A stretch of DNA of 64,000 nucleotides from Escherichia coli (GTDB lineage: Bacteria; Pseudomonadota; Gammaproteobacteria; Enterobacterales; Enterobacteriaceae), in assembly GCF_003334815.1 (NCBI RefSeq), contig NZ_QOWO01000007.1. One strand, written 5' to 3'. Made by a program: the position numbers and the translations under genes. Of the stretch, positions 32,616 through 42,293 are shown one piece after another (positions within the stretch are counted from its first letter, which is position 1; the number at the start of each line of letters is the position of its first letter). The notes beneath the pieces are model-generated. The model had not been told where the DNA came from. It saw nothing but the letters and a program-made list of their open reading frames with translations, and did not search any database.

Positions 32616-33536
32616 TTACAGAGTTTCCTCAAAGAACGGAGCTAATACTGAAATTGCTTCAGCCACATAGGCTTTGCCGTCATAAAGATCCATATGGTTT
32701 GCGCCTTCAACAATGTGATAGCGTTTATCCTGGCTTGATGCTCGATCGTACAGGTCGTCACTCATCCATTTGCTCCCTGCCTGGCTGCCCGCCACAATCT
32801 GCGTCGGCTGAGTCAGGTACACTTCCGCCATATGGTAAGCATCATAGGTAATAATCTGGTTAAGGCTGCGCAAAGTAGCGTAACCCGGTGCTGTTGGATA
32901 CTGCGCGCGAGGGGTGTGGTAATACTCCCAGGCCTGACGCAGTTCTTCGTTCGGCGCATCGGACTCCTTCATTGGTGCCAGTGGCATAATGGCGTATTCT
33001 CCGCTGCTAATATCGCTGGTTCTGGCGTTTGAACCCGCTTCAACGTATGGCAGGGCATCAATAGATTTCACATTGTTTTCCCAACCATTACGGAATATCG
33101 AACCAATATTGACCGCACTAACGGTACCGATGGCCTTGATGCGGCGATCCTGAATTGCAGCATTGGCTGTATATCCTGCACCGGCACAAATTCCCATCGC
33201 ACCAATTCGGGTATTGTCGACATAAGAAAGCGTTGTCAGGTAATCAATCACGGCACTGATGTCTTCAGTACGAATGTATGGGTTTTCTAACTGACGCGGC
33301 TCGCCGCCACTTTCACCTTGATAAGATGCGTCATAAGCAATAGTGACAAATCCCTTTTCCGCCAGTTTTTTGGCATAGGTTCCGGCCGTTTGTTCTTTAA
33401 CGCCCCCACCTGGGTGAGATAACACAATTGCCTGATACTGACGGGTTTCATCAAATTTTGGAGGGAAATAGATCACTGCAGACAAAGAGATGGTTGGATT
33501 ATTGCTGTTAGTGAAGCTGACTTTATTATTCATCAT
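32616..33536 (-). CDS. ycjY: Alpha/beta hydrolase (dienelactone-hydrolase-like, Cys nucleophile), about 306 aa
   Basis: ORF 32616..33548; start placed at ATG 33536 (MMNNKVSF...) which has an AGGA Shine-Dalgarno; nucleophile elbow GICAG. Confidence 0.85.
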   Translation of the reverse strand: MMNNKVSFTNSNNPTISLSAVIYFPPKFDETRQYQAIVLSHPGGGVKEQTAGTYAKKLAEKGFVTIAYDASYQGESGGEPRQLENPYIRTEDISAVIDYLTTLSYVDNTRIGAMGICAGAGYTANAAIQDRRIKAIGTVSAVNIGSIFRNGWENNVKSIDALPYVEAGSNARTSDISSGEYAIMPLAPMKESDAPNEELRQAWEYYHTPRAQYPTAPGYATLRSLNQIITYDAYHMAEVYLTQPTQIVAGSQAGSKWMSDDLYDRASSQDKRYHIVEGANHMDLYDGKAYVAEAISVLAPFFEETL

Positions 33537-33606
33537 TCCGTTCCTCATGGAGTTGTCGGTTCGTTTTAACGGTTGGTGATATCACTATAGATATTGATCA
33601 TTAAGT

Positions 33607-33639
33607 TGATTAGACCCAAAATCATGATTAGACCTATCA
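33607..33639. promoter_or_regulatory. Tandem TGAT-N-ATCA dyads, candidate LysR-type (PgrR) operator in the ycjY/pgrR divergent spacer
   Basis: TGATTAGACCCAAAATCA immediately followed by TGATTAGACCTATCA; the 10-mer TGATTAGACC occurs twice 18 bp apart. Confidence 0.4.
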
Positions 33640-33673
33640 TTTAAATGATTAATAGATTGCATGGAGATACTGA

Positions 33674-34573
33674 ATGAAGCGTGAAGAAATCGCTGATCTG
33701 ATGGCGTTTGTCGTCGTTGCAGAGGAGCGTAGCTTCACTCGTGCAGCAGCCCGCCTGAGCATGGCGCAGTCAGCTTTAAGCCAGATAGTGCGTCGTATAG
33801 AAGAACGATTGGGATTGCGGCTTCTGACGCGAACCACGCGCAGCGTTGTTCCAACTGAAGCGGGCGAGCATCTTTTGTCTGTTCTTGGCCCTATGTTGCA
33901 TGACATAGATTCAGCCATGGCATCCCTGAGCGATCTGCAGAACCGCCCATCCGGGACAATACGTATTACTACTGTAGAACATGCAGCAAAAACGATATTG
34001 TTACCAGCAATGCGCACATTCCTGAAATCGCATCCTGAAATTGATATTCAGCTCACCATTGATTATGGTTTGACCGATGTCGTTTCTGAACGTTTTGATG
34101 CAGGCGTCCGTCTGGGTGGGGAGATGGATAAAGATATGATCGCCATTCGAATCGGGCCAGATATACCAATGGCTATTGTTGGCTCACCGGATTATTTTTC
34201 TCGCCGAAGTGTTCCAACGTCAGTGTCACAATTAATAGATCATCAGGCAATTAATTTGTATCTTCCCACATCGGGTACAGCAAATCGCTGGAGATTAATA
34301 CGCGGTGGACGTGAAGTTCGTGTTCGCATGGAAGGTCAGCTTTTACTGAATACGATAGACCTGATCATTGATGCTGCAATTGATGGGCATGGATTGGCGT
34401 ATCTACCTTATGATCAGGTTGAGCGGGCTATTAAAGAAAAAAAACTGATACGTGTTTTGGATAAATTCACACCAGATTTACCCGGTTATCACCTGTACTA
34501 TCCACACCGTCGACATGCTGGCTCGGCATTCTCATTATTTATAGATAGGCTGAAGTATAAAGGTGCTGTTTAG
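33674..34573 (+). CDS. pgrR: LysR-family regulator PgrR (YcjZ), 299 aa
   Basis: ORF 33674..34573; N-terminal LysR HTH; GGAG Shine-Dalgarno. Confidence 0.92.
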   Translation: MKREEIADLMAFVVVAEERSFTRAAARLSMAQSALSQIVRRIEERLGLRLLTRTTRSVVPTEAGEHLLSVLGPMLHDIDSAMASLSDLQNRPSGTIRITTVEHAAKTILLPAMRTFLKSHPEIDIQLTIDYGLTDVVSERFDAGVRLGGEMDKDMIAIRIGPDIPMAIVGSPDYFSRRSVPTSVSQLIDHQAINLYLPTSGTANRWRLIRGGREVRVRMEGQLLLNTIDLIIDAAIDGHGLAYLPYDQVERAIKEKKLIRVLDKFTPDLPGYHLYYPHRRHAGSAFSLFIDRLKYKGAV

Positions 34574-34822
34574 CACTACTTGCTGATACATTAATTTAAT
34601 TCTTCTCTTAACGTATTCTCAGTTCCTTTCAACGTTTTGGTCATTTTTTATTCTTCGTACAATGGCGACAGATGCTGATTATGATACCGAAAACGGGTTT
34701 GAACGTGCGAAGCCCGAACGTAGTGTTCGGAGTTCTATGTGCTTTACCGCATTTTGGAGACTATTATTTACACTAAATCTGATTTGATATATTGATACTT
34801 AAAACATTTGATGCTTCCTTTG

Positions 34823-34853
34823 TCACTTTTTTGATGGAAGTTGTTTGCATTTC
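34823..34853. repeat. Copy B of the 31-bp element, 57 bp upstream of the mppA ATG
   Basis: TCACTTTTTTGATGGAAGTTGTTTGCATTTC; contains a possible -35 TTGCAT with AATAAT 17 bp downstream. Confidence 0.6.
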
Positions 34854-34909
34854 TTTAAGGCGAAACAAATAATTACGCATCAATTTTAAAGTCGGTTAGA
34901 GGGAAACTT

Positions 34910-36523
34910 ATGAAGCACTCTGTTTCAGTCACGTGTTGTGCGCTGTTGGTCAGCAGCATTTCTCTTTCGTATGCTGCAGAAGTTCCGAGCGGCACAGTAC
35001 TGGCAGAGAAGCAGGAGCTGGTGCGCCACATTAAAGATGAGCCTGCGTCGCTGGATCCCGCTAAAGCCGTGGGCCTGCCAGAGATTCAGGTCATTCGCGA
35101 TCTGTTTGAAGGTCTGGTGAATCAGAACGAAAAAGGGGAGATTGTCCCCGGCGTTGCGACTCAGTGGAAAAGTAATGACAACCGTATCTGGACTTTTACC
35201 CTGCGCGATAACGCAAAATGGGCGGATGGCACACCGGTAACGGCGCAAGATTTTGTCTACAGCTGGCAACGTCTGGTGGACCCAAAAACATTGTCGCCAT
35301 TTGCATGGTTTGCCGCGCTGGCGGGAATCAACAACGCACAGGCGATTATTGATGGTAAAGCTACGCCTGACCAGCTTGGCGTCACCGCAGTTGATGCCCA
35401 TACTTTGAAAATTCAGCTTGATAAACCGTTGCCGTGGTTTGTGAATTTAACCGCTAACTTTGCCTTCTTCCCGGTGCAAAAAGCCAACGTAGAAAGCGGT
35501 AAAGAGTGGACGAAACCCGGAAATCTGATCGGCAATGGCGCTTATGTTCTTAAAGAGCGCGTAGTCAATGAAAAACTGGTCGTGGTACCGAATACCCATT
35601 ATTGGGATAACGCCAAAACGGTACTGCAAAAAGTGACCTTCCTGCCAATTAATCAGGAATCCGCAGCCACTAAGCGTTACCTCGCGGGGGATATTGATAT
35701 CACCGAATCCTTCCCGAAAAATATGTATCAGAAGCTGTTGAAGGATATTCCGGGGCAGGTTTATACGCCGCCGCAGCTCGGGACCTATTATTATGCGTTT
35801 AACACGCAAAAAGGGCCGACGGCAGATCAGCGCGTTCGTCTGGCATTAAGTATGACGATAGATCGCCGCCTGATGACCGAAAAAGTATTAGGGACGGGCG
35901 AAAAGCCAGCGTGGCATTTTACACCAGATGTTACCGCGGGATTTACGCCGGAACCTTCGCCGTTTGAACAAATGAGTCAGGAAGAACTGAATGCGCAGGC
36001 AAAAACTTTGTTGAGCGCAGCTGGTTATGGTCCGCAAAAACCGCTGAAGCTGACGCTTTTGTATAACACTTCAGAAAACCATCAAAAAATTGCGATTGCT
36101 GTAGCATCGATGTGGAAAAAGAACCTTGGCGTAGATGTTAAATTGCAAAATCAGGAATGGAAAACCTATATCGATAGCCGTAACACCGGCAATTTTGATG
36201 TTATCCGCGCCTCGTGGGTGGGGGATTATAATGAACCCTCCACTTTCCTGACATTATTAACGTCAACGCATTCAGGAAATATTTCACGCTTTAACAATCC
36301 GGCATATGACAAAGTTCTGGCCCAGGCATCGACGGAAAATACCGTTAAAGCGCGTAATGCCGATTACAACGCGGCAGAAAAAATCCTCATGGAGCAAGCA
36401 CCGATTGCACCAATTTATCAATATACCAATGGACGATTAATCAAGCCGTGGCTGAAAGGTTATCCCATTAATAATCCTGAAGATGTGGCGTACAGTCGGA
36501 CTATGTATATTGTGAAGCATTGA
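34910..36523 (+). CDS. mppA: Periplasmic murein tripeptide-binding protein (ABC SBP family 5), 537 aa
   Basis: ORF 34910..36523; signal peptide; AGAGGGA Shine-Dalgarno. Confidence 0.93.
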   Translation: MKHSVSVTCCALLVSSISLSYAAEVPSGTVLAEKQELVRHIKDEPASLDPAKAVGLPEIQVIRDLFEGLVNQNEKGEIVPGVATQWKSNDNRIWTFTLRDNAKWADGTPVTAQDFVYSWQRLVDPKTLSPFAWFAALAGINNAQAIIDGKATPDQLGVTAVDAHTLKIQLDKPLPWFVNLTANFAFFPVQKANVESGKEWTKPGNLIGNGAYVLKERVVNEKLVVVPNTHYWDNAKTVLQKVTFLPINQESAATKRYLAGDIDITESFPKNMYQKLLKDIPGQVYTPPQLGTYYYAFNTQKGPTADQRVRLALSMTIDRRLMTEKVLGTGEKPAWHFTPDVTAGFTPEPSPFEQMSQEELNAQAKTLLSAAGYGPQKPLKLTLLYNTSENHQKIAIAVASMWKKNLGVDVKLQNQEWKTYIDSRNTGNFDVIRASWVGDYNEPSTFLTLLTSTHSGNISRFNNPAYDKVLAQASTENTVKARNADYNAAEKILMEQAPIAPIYQYTNGRLIKPWLKGYPINNPEDVAYSRTMYIVKH

Positions 36524-36534
36524 TGTGATGGGAA

Positions 36535-36562
36535 CTGGCGTTACCCTTGTGCATAACGCCAG
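36535..36562. terminator. Hairpin between the convergent mppA and ynaI
   Basis: 9-bp inverted repeat CTGGCGTTA...TAACGCCAG with a 10-nt loop; no strong T-run. Confidence 0.45.
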
Positions 36563-36573
36563 TGATGTCTGAT

Positions 36574-37605
36574 TTAGCGACCCTGTTCCGGCGGTGTAAT
36601 GTTATCCATATACAGCGTCTGGCTGGGGAAGGCAAAGTCCGCGCCGTGTGACTGTACAATATCGATAATCTTCAAATAAACGTCTTGCTGTGCAGCAAGC
36701 CATTCAGCCCATACCGTGGTTTTGGTAAAGCAATAAACCATAATATTCAATGAAGAGTCAGCAAACTGGTTGAAATAAACCAGTAAGGTTTGTCGCTGGT
36801 CGATGGCCGGGTGATTTTTCAGCATCTCACGTACAGCTTCGACAATAACGCCCACTTTTGCCGCATCCTCATAACGTAAACCAATGGTCGTGGTAATGCG
36901 GCGGTTGGTCATTCGTCCTGGGTTTTCTACGCTGATCGACGAAAACAGCGAGTTCGGTACGTACAATGGACGATTATCAAAGGTCGTAATTTTGGTAATT
37001 CGCCAGCCAATTTCCGCTACTGTACCTTCGATATTTCTGTCCGGTGAACGGATCCAGTCGCCAATACTGAAAGGACGGTCGAAATAGAGCATAATCCCGG
37101 AAAAGAAGTTACTCAGAATATCTTTACCGGCCATACCGACAGCCAGACCACCAATACCACCAAAGGTCAGCAAGCCAGAAAGGCTCATGCCGAAATGTTC
37201 GCCATAAAGCAGAACAAGCACCACAATAATGGTGATTTTGATGATACGCGACATAATCCGCGCACTGGTGATATCGCGACCTTTTTTAATCTGCTGTTTT
37301 TCAAACTGATTAATCAGCAGAAATAGCTTAATCGTCAGAATAACCGCAATCAGGGACGTACAGATAAAATCGATAACGCCTGGGGTGATAAATTTGAGTT
37401 TATAGTTTTCTATAACATAATTAATAATGCTACCAACAGCACTGATAATTATGGTGTAGATTAAAAATTGCACCGCATGGAATAAAAATCCTTTTCTTTT
37501 ACGATTTCCACGGCGAAACCAAAAGCTCATCAGAATCAATGCTGCGCAGCTACCGAAAATAATGACCAGATTAAGCGCATTATTTGTAAACAGTTCAGCG
37601 ATCAT
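36574..37605 (-). CDS. ynaI: MscS-family mechanosensitive channel, 343 aa
   Basis: ORF 36574..37605; multi-TM N-terminus plus MscS beta domain. Confidence 0.92.
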
Positions 37606-37848
37606 TGTTTTATCAGGCTCCTCCAGATAATTGTCGTCATGCCGGAAACCCCTGGCGGGGCTATTTTACCGCGACAATTCATTCAGATCATCAATAGTCA
37701 GGGAAGGAAGTAGCAACATTAGCTAACTAATCAATGCGTTGATTGTAAATCCAGCTAAGAGGTGAGGTTTTCAGAGCAGACAACGGTGAAATGTCATGGT
37801 ATTGTTACGTTTAGGTAACAAGAAATTTGTCTGCACAAGGATTACATC

Positions 37849-38106
37849 ATGATTATGGCGAAACTGAAGTCAGCGAAAGGGAAGAAATTTCTCTTTGGTT
37901 TGTTGGCGGTTTTCATTATTGCGGCGTCGGTTGTGACTCGCGCGACCATCGGCGGCGTTATAGAACAGTACAATATTCCGCTGTCTGAGTGGACGACATC
38001 AATGTATGTGATTCAGTCATCGATGATTTTTGTTTATAGCCTGGTCTTTACTGTGTTGCTGGCAATCCCGTTGGGAATTTATTTCCTTGGCGGCGAAGAG
38101 CAGTAA
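37849..38106 (+). CDS. ynaJ: Small inner-membrane protein YnaJ, 85 aa
   Basis: ORF 37849..38106; two hydrophobic helices. Confidence 0.88.
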   Translation: MIMAKLKSAKGKKFLFGLLAVFIIAASVVTRATIGGVIEQYNIPLSEWTTSMYVIQSSMIFVYSLVFTVLLAIPLGIYFLGGEEQ

Positions 38107-38115
38107 GTAAAAAAT

Positions 38116-38135
38116 AGGCCCGATAACTCGGGCCT
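38116..38135. terminator. Bidirectional terminator between ynaJ and uspE
   Basis: AGGCCCG-ataact-CGGGCCT stem with AAAAAT on one side and a T-rich tract on the other. Confidence 0.7.
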
Positions 38136-38155
38136 TGTCAGTTATTGAAGAGTCG

Positions 38156-39106
38156 TTAATCGTCTTCTTCGTCATCCAGTTCAACGGGTGTCTGATACTG
38201 GTCAGGTTTAATGACCAGCAGGTCGCAGCGAAGATGATCAATCACCTGTTCCGCCGTGTTGCCGAGGAATGCTGCTGAAATACCGGTGCGTCCTACCGTG
38301 CCCAGAACCACAATCCCCGCCTGTAAGTGCTCCGCCAAATCAGGAATCACCTCTTCTGGCAGACCTTTTTCTACGTGCGTCATGTTTTCATTAATGCCGA
38401 ATTTCTGCCGCAGGGCTTTCATTGCCAGCAAATGTTGCCCACGAATGGCATCGTTATAAACGCTCGGGTCAAATTCCGGCAGTTCAATCGCGATATTAAT
38501 TGGCGTTACCGGATAAGCGCCAACCAGATGAACTTCGGTATGGTTGACTTGTTCTGCCAGTTCGATCGTCTCTTTGACCAGTTTTTCATTGAGCGCATTA
38601 TGATACGGCTCTTCACTGGCGAGATTCACCGCCACCAGCGCCTTGCCTCCTTCCGGCCACGGCTGGTCTTTCACCATCCACACCGGGCTTGGGCATTTGC
38701 GTAACAGATGCCAGTCCGTTGGCGTAAAAATCACCGCTTCCAGACGGTCATGTTGGTGCGCCATTTTTAGCACCAAATCGTGTCCGCCGCTGATCACTTC
38801 CTGAATGATGGCTTCGAAAGGACGGTTATGCCAGACCACTTTAATTTCAATGGGAACGCCAGCATTGAGATAATATTTTGCCTGCTCGTGGATCCAGGCT
38901 GTACGCTGGCTGATGACGCCCTGACGCATAGCGGTACGTTCGTCCGGGGAGAGCAGGGTGGTCATTTCGTATGAGAAGTCATAGATCGGCAAAAAGGCTT
39001 TAATTTTGCCACCAATCCGTTGATGTAAATAAACAGCTCGCCGCAATGCTGGTTGGTCGTCCTGGTTAGGATCGATAACAACGAGCATGTTCTGATACAT
39101 AGCCAT
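38156..39106 (-). CDS. uspE: Universal stress protein E (tandem Usp domains), 316 aa
   Basis: ORF 38156..39133 trimmed to ATG 39106 ([12 protein letters not shown]...) with AGGAG Shine-Dalgarno. Confidence 0.92.
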   Translation of the reverse strand: MAMYQNMLVVIDPNQDDQPALRRAVYLHQRIGGKIKAFLPIYDFSYEMTTLLSPDERTAMRQGVISQRTAWIHEQAKYYLNAGVPIEIKVVWHNRPFEAIIQEVISGGHDLVLKMAHQHDRLEAVIFTPTDWHLLRKCPSPVWMVKDQPWPEGGKALVAVNLASEEPYHNALNEKLVKETIELAEQVNHTEVHLVGAYPVTPINIAIELPEFDPSVYNDAIRGQHLLAMKALRQKFGINENMTHVEKGLPEEVIPDLAEHLQAGIVVLGTVGRTGISAAFLGNTAEQVIDHLRCDLLVIKPDQYQTPVELDDEEDD

Positions 39107-39257
39107 ACAGGGTCTCCTTACAACAACTGTCAACGCAGTTTGTAATTAAAAGATTAACCCATATCTGGTGAATGAAACAGTGATGAACCTTCTGCCAGAT
39201 CAATAAATCAGAAAAATTTAATGATATGACAGAAGGATAGTGAGTTATGCGGAAAAA

Positions 39258-40010
39258 TCAGGCAACGTTACGCGTATGACCAGCAAGCTGGGCCAGCGCA
39301 TCGTTATTTTCGATGGTGATGTATTTACCTTTGACTGCCAGCATGCCGCTTTTCTGGAAGCGACCCAGCAGACGGCTGATGGTTTCTACCGTCAGGCCCA
39401 GATAGTTACCGATATCGCCACGAGTCATCGTCAGGCGGAATTCACGAGGGGAGAAGCCGCGTTGGGCAAAACGACGGGACAGGTTGTAGATGAATGCAGC
39501 CAGACGTTCCTCGGCATTTTTCTTCGACAACAGCAGGATCATGTCCTGATCGCCTTTGATTTCACCGCTCATCAGACGCATCATCTGCTGACGCAGATTC
39601 GGCATTTTACCGGACAAATCGTCCAGCGTTTCGAACGGGATTTCACATACCATCGAGGTTTCCAGCGCCTGCGCGAAGCTCGGGTGATGGCCGCTGCCGA
39701 TGGCGTCAAATCCCACCAGGTCGCCTGCTAAATGGAAACCAGTGATTTGCTCGTCGCCTTGCTCAGTGATGGTATAACTTTTAATCGTACCGGAGCGGAT
39801 GGCATAAAGCGATTTAAGTTCATCACCAGCCTTAAACAGCGTCTGGCCTTTCTGAATAGGCTTCTTCCGCTCAATGATATTATCAAGCTGATCAAGCTCA
39901 TGTTCGTTGAGTGTGAACGGGATGCAAAGCTGGCTGATGCTGCAATCCTGGCAATGGATAGCACAACCGCCAGACTGAATGCGCCGTATAATTCGCTTTT
40001 CCGGGATCAT
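39258..40010 (-). CDS. fnr: Anaerobic global regulator FNR (CRP/FNR family), 250 aa
   Basis: ORF 39258..40067 trimmed to ATG 40010 ([29 protein letters not shown]...); N-terminal Fe-S cysteine cluster. Confidence 0.95.
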
Positions 40011-40029
40011 AGGTCTGCTCAAGCCGTAA

Positions 40030-40043
40030 TTGATATTTGTCAA
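40030..40043 (-). promoter_or_regulatory. FNR box at the fnr promoter (autoregulation)
   Basis: Minus strand reads TTGAC-aaat-ATCAA, 20-33 bp upstream of the fnr ATG. Confidence 0.7.
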
Positions 40044-40204
40044 TTTTAACATCTTTTTAGGGAGCAAGTAAGTCTAAGCAAACCTTAACAGCAGAGAATT
40101 CCGATATTAGATGTAAATATATGTCTATCTATTTGAAAACCCTTAAGTTGTTAAGGGTAACTTTACATAAAAGTGTGAACAAGCTGGCACAAATTGTTTA
40201 ATGT

Positions 40205-40720
40205 TTACAGCAAAAGATAACCTTCATGGCGCAATAACCACTCTTTTCGCTGAACTCCGCCTGCATATCCGGTCATGGTGCCGTTTCGGCCAATAACCCG
40301 ATGGCAAGGTACGACGATGCTGATGGGATTCGATCCGTTTGCCGCACCAACGGCACGCGCCGCGCCAGGACGGCCCAATTGCTCAGCCAGTTGGCCGTAA
40401 TGCATTACCTGCCCGCAGGGGATAGTGCGTAGTGTTTTCCAGACTTCGCGCTGAAATGGCGTCCCCCCCGTAGCAGTGGGAAGCGTATCAATAATGCTAA
40501 GATTACCGGCAAAATATTCACGAAGCTTGTCGCTTAAACCGCCTGGATTGGTGGCAGAAATGCGCTCATAGCCTTCTTTGCGATAATGGATGTCCAGCAG
40601 CTGCACCATGCGTTCGCTGTACTCTTCCCATTCAACCGCCCGCAGGCGAAATTGCTCATCGCAAATCACCCACAGTGGACCCAGTGGCGTGGCAATTTTT
40701 TCTTCAAGTAATCTCAGCAT
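40205..40720 (-). CDS. ogt: O6-alkylguanine-DNA alkyltransferase, 171 aa
   Basis: ORF 40205..40720; active-site PCHRV motif. Confidence 0.95.
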
Positions 40721-40730
40721 CCGTTCTCTC

Positions 40731-42257
40731 TTAAGACAAACGTGGGTAAATACCCGGACCTATCGGCAGACCGACAAGATACCACGCCAGCAACATCAGC
40801 AGCCATACCACCAAAAAGATAAGTGGATAGGGCAAGACTAACGAATAGTAAGTACCCAGTTTCGCGTCTGGTTTGTAGCGTTGCAGGAATCCAAGAAACA
40901 GTGGAACAAAAGGAGATACCGGCGCTAAAGGCAATACGGATGAGTCGGCAATACGAAAGAGGATTTGCGCAAATGCCGGGTGAAAGCCAAGTAGCATAAA
41001 CATTGGTACGAAAATGGGGGCAAGAATCGACCAGATTGCGGAACCGCTGGCAATAAACATGCATAAGAAAGAGGAAAGCAACGCCAGACCGACAAACGCC
41101 GGGATGCCGCTAAGCCCTGAACTTTCCAGTATATCGGTCAGCCCCACGGCGATGAATTTCCCCATGTTGCTCCAGTTAAACATGGCGACAAATTGGGCGA
41201 GGGGAAAAACCATCACGATAAATCCCGCCATCTCTTTCATCGGTTCAATCATTAAATGCGGTAAATCCGCCTGACGTCGAATTGTGCGGGTAGCGATGCC
41301 ATAAGCCAGCGAGACAACAAAGAAAAAAAGAATGATCAGTGGCACGATACCTTTAATAAAGGGTGATGGCATCACGGTGTGATTAATCGGATCGCGCAAT
41401 ATCCCGTTTTGCGGGATCACCATCAGCGCAATCGCAGCAATAAAAAGTAGCGATACGACACCTGCTATGCGTAAACCAAAACGCTGACTTTCGGTCAATG
41501 TCTGCAGTTTCTCATCGCTGTTTCCCTGCCATTGACCTAACCGTGGCTCGATGATTTTGTCGGTTATCAGGCCGCCAACAATCGTCAGTACGACTACGGA
41601 GCTGGCCATAAAATACCAGTTATCAATTACACTGACGTGCATTTGCGGATTGAACGCAGCTGCCGCTTCCGTGCTGATCCCCGACAGCAACACGTCGGTT
41701 GTGACAATCAGTAAATTAGCCGTAAAGCCGCAACCTACGCCTGCAATGGCAGCCAGTAAACCTGCAACTGGATGCCTGCCCACCGCCAGAAAAATCAGCG
41801 CACCCATCGGTGGCATGATCACTAACGCCGCATCGGAAGAAATGTGGCTGAAAAAAGCAATAAACAGCACCATATAACTGGCGTAGCGGGCATTAACATG
41901 CGATGCCATTTTAACCATTAGTGCTGGCAGTAAGCCGACGCGCTCCGCCAGACCGGCACCTAAAACCAGCGCCAGGATCGCACCAAGTGGAGCAAAACCG
42001 CTAAAGTTTTTAATAACATTGGGTAAAAACCAGTGTAATCCTTCCACACTGAGCAGGTTTTTCACCACGACCGGCGTACCATCGGTCGGGTTTTTCGCAC
42101 TGACGCCAAAGGCCGACAAAATTGCCGTCGTCACCATGAGTACGATAATCAAATAGATAAAGAGCAGAAAAGGATGGGGAACCTTGTTACCAATTCTTTC
42201 GACCCAGCCATAGAGCTTCCCGGATTGGGAGGACGACGGTATGGATGACATACTCAT
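40731..42257 (-). CDS. abgT: p-Aminobenzoyl-glutamate transporter (AbgT family), 508 aa
   Basis: ORF 40731..42263; start placed at the second ATG (42257), which has better GAGG spacing. Confidence 0.9.
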
Positions 42258-42293
42258 GGGCATTCCTCGGTTGTTGTGTTTGCGTTGTTGTTG

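Noticed and set aside
34663-34788. 41-codon ORF (MATDADYDTENGFERAKPERSVRSSMCF...) in the pgrR-mppA spacer
   Set aside because: No Shine-Dalgarno upstream of its ATG and no obvious promoter; a hairpin at 34714-34730 sits inside it. Kept only as a low-priority candidate.
37606-37848. Possible mobile element or remnant in the ynaI-ynaJ spacer
   Set aside because: No inverted terminal repeats, no transposase fragment and no target duplication are visible; the sequence looks like an ordinary divergent promoter region.
40100-40160. Possible second, upstream FNR site at the fnr promoter
   Set aside because: The best candidate is a poor match to TTGAT-N4-ATCAA and coincides with the CCCTTAA-gttg-TTAAGGG hairpin, which is better explained as the ogt terminator.
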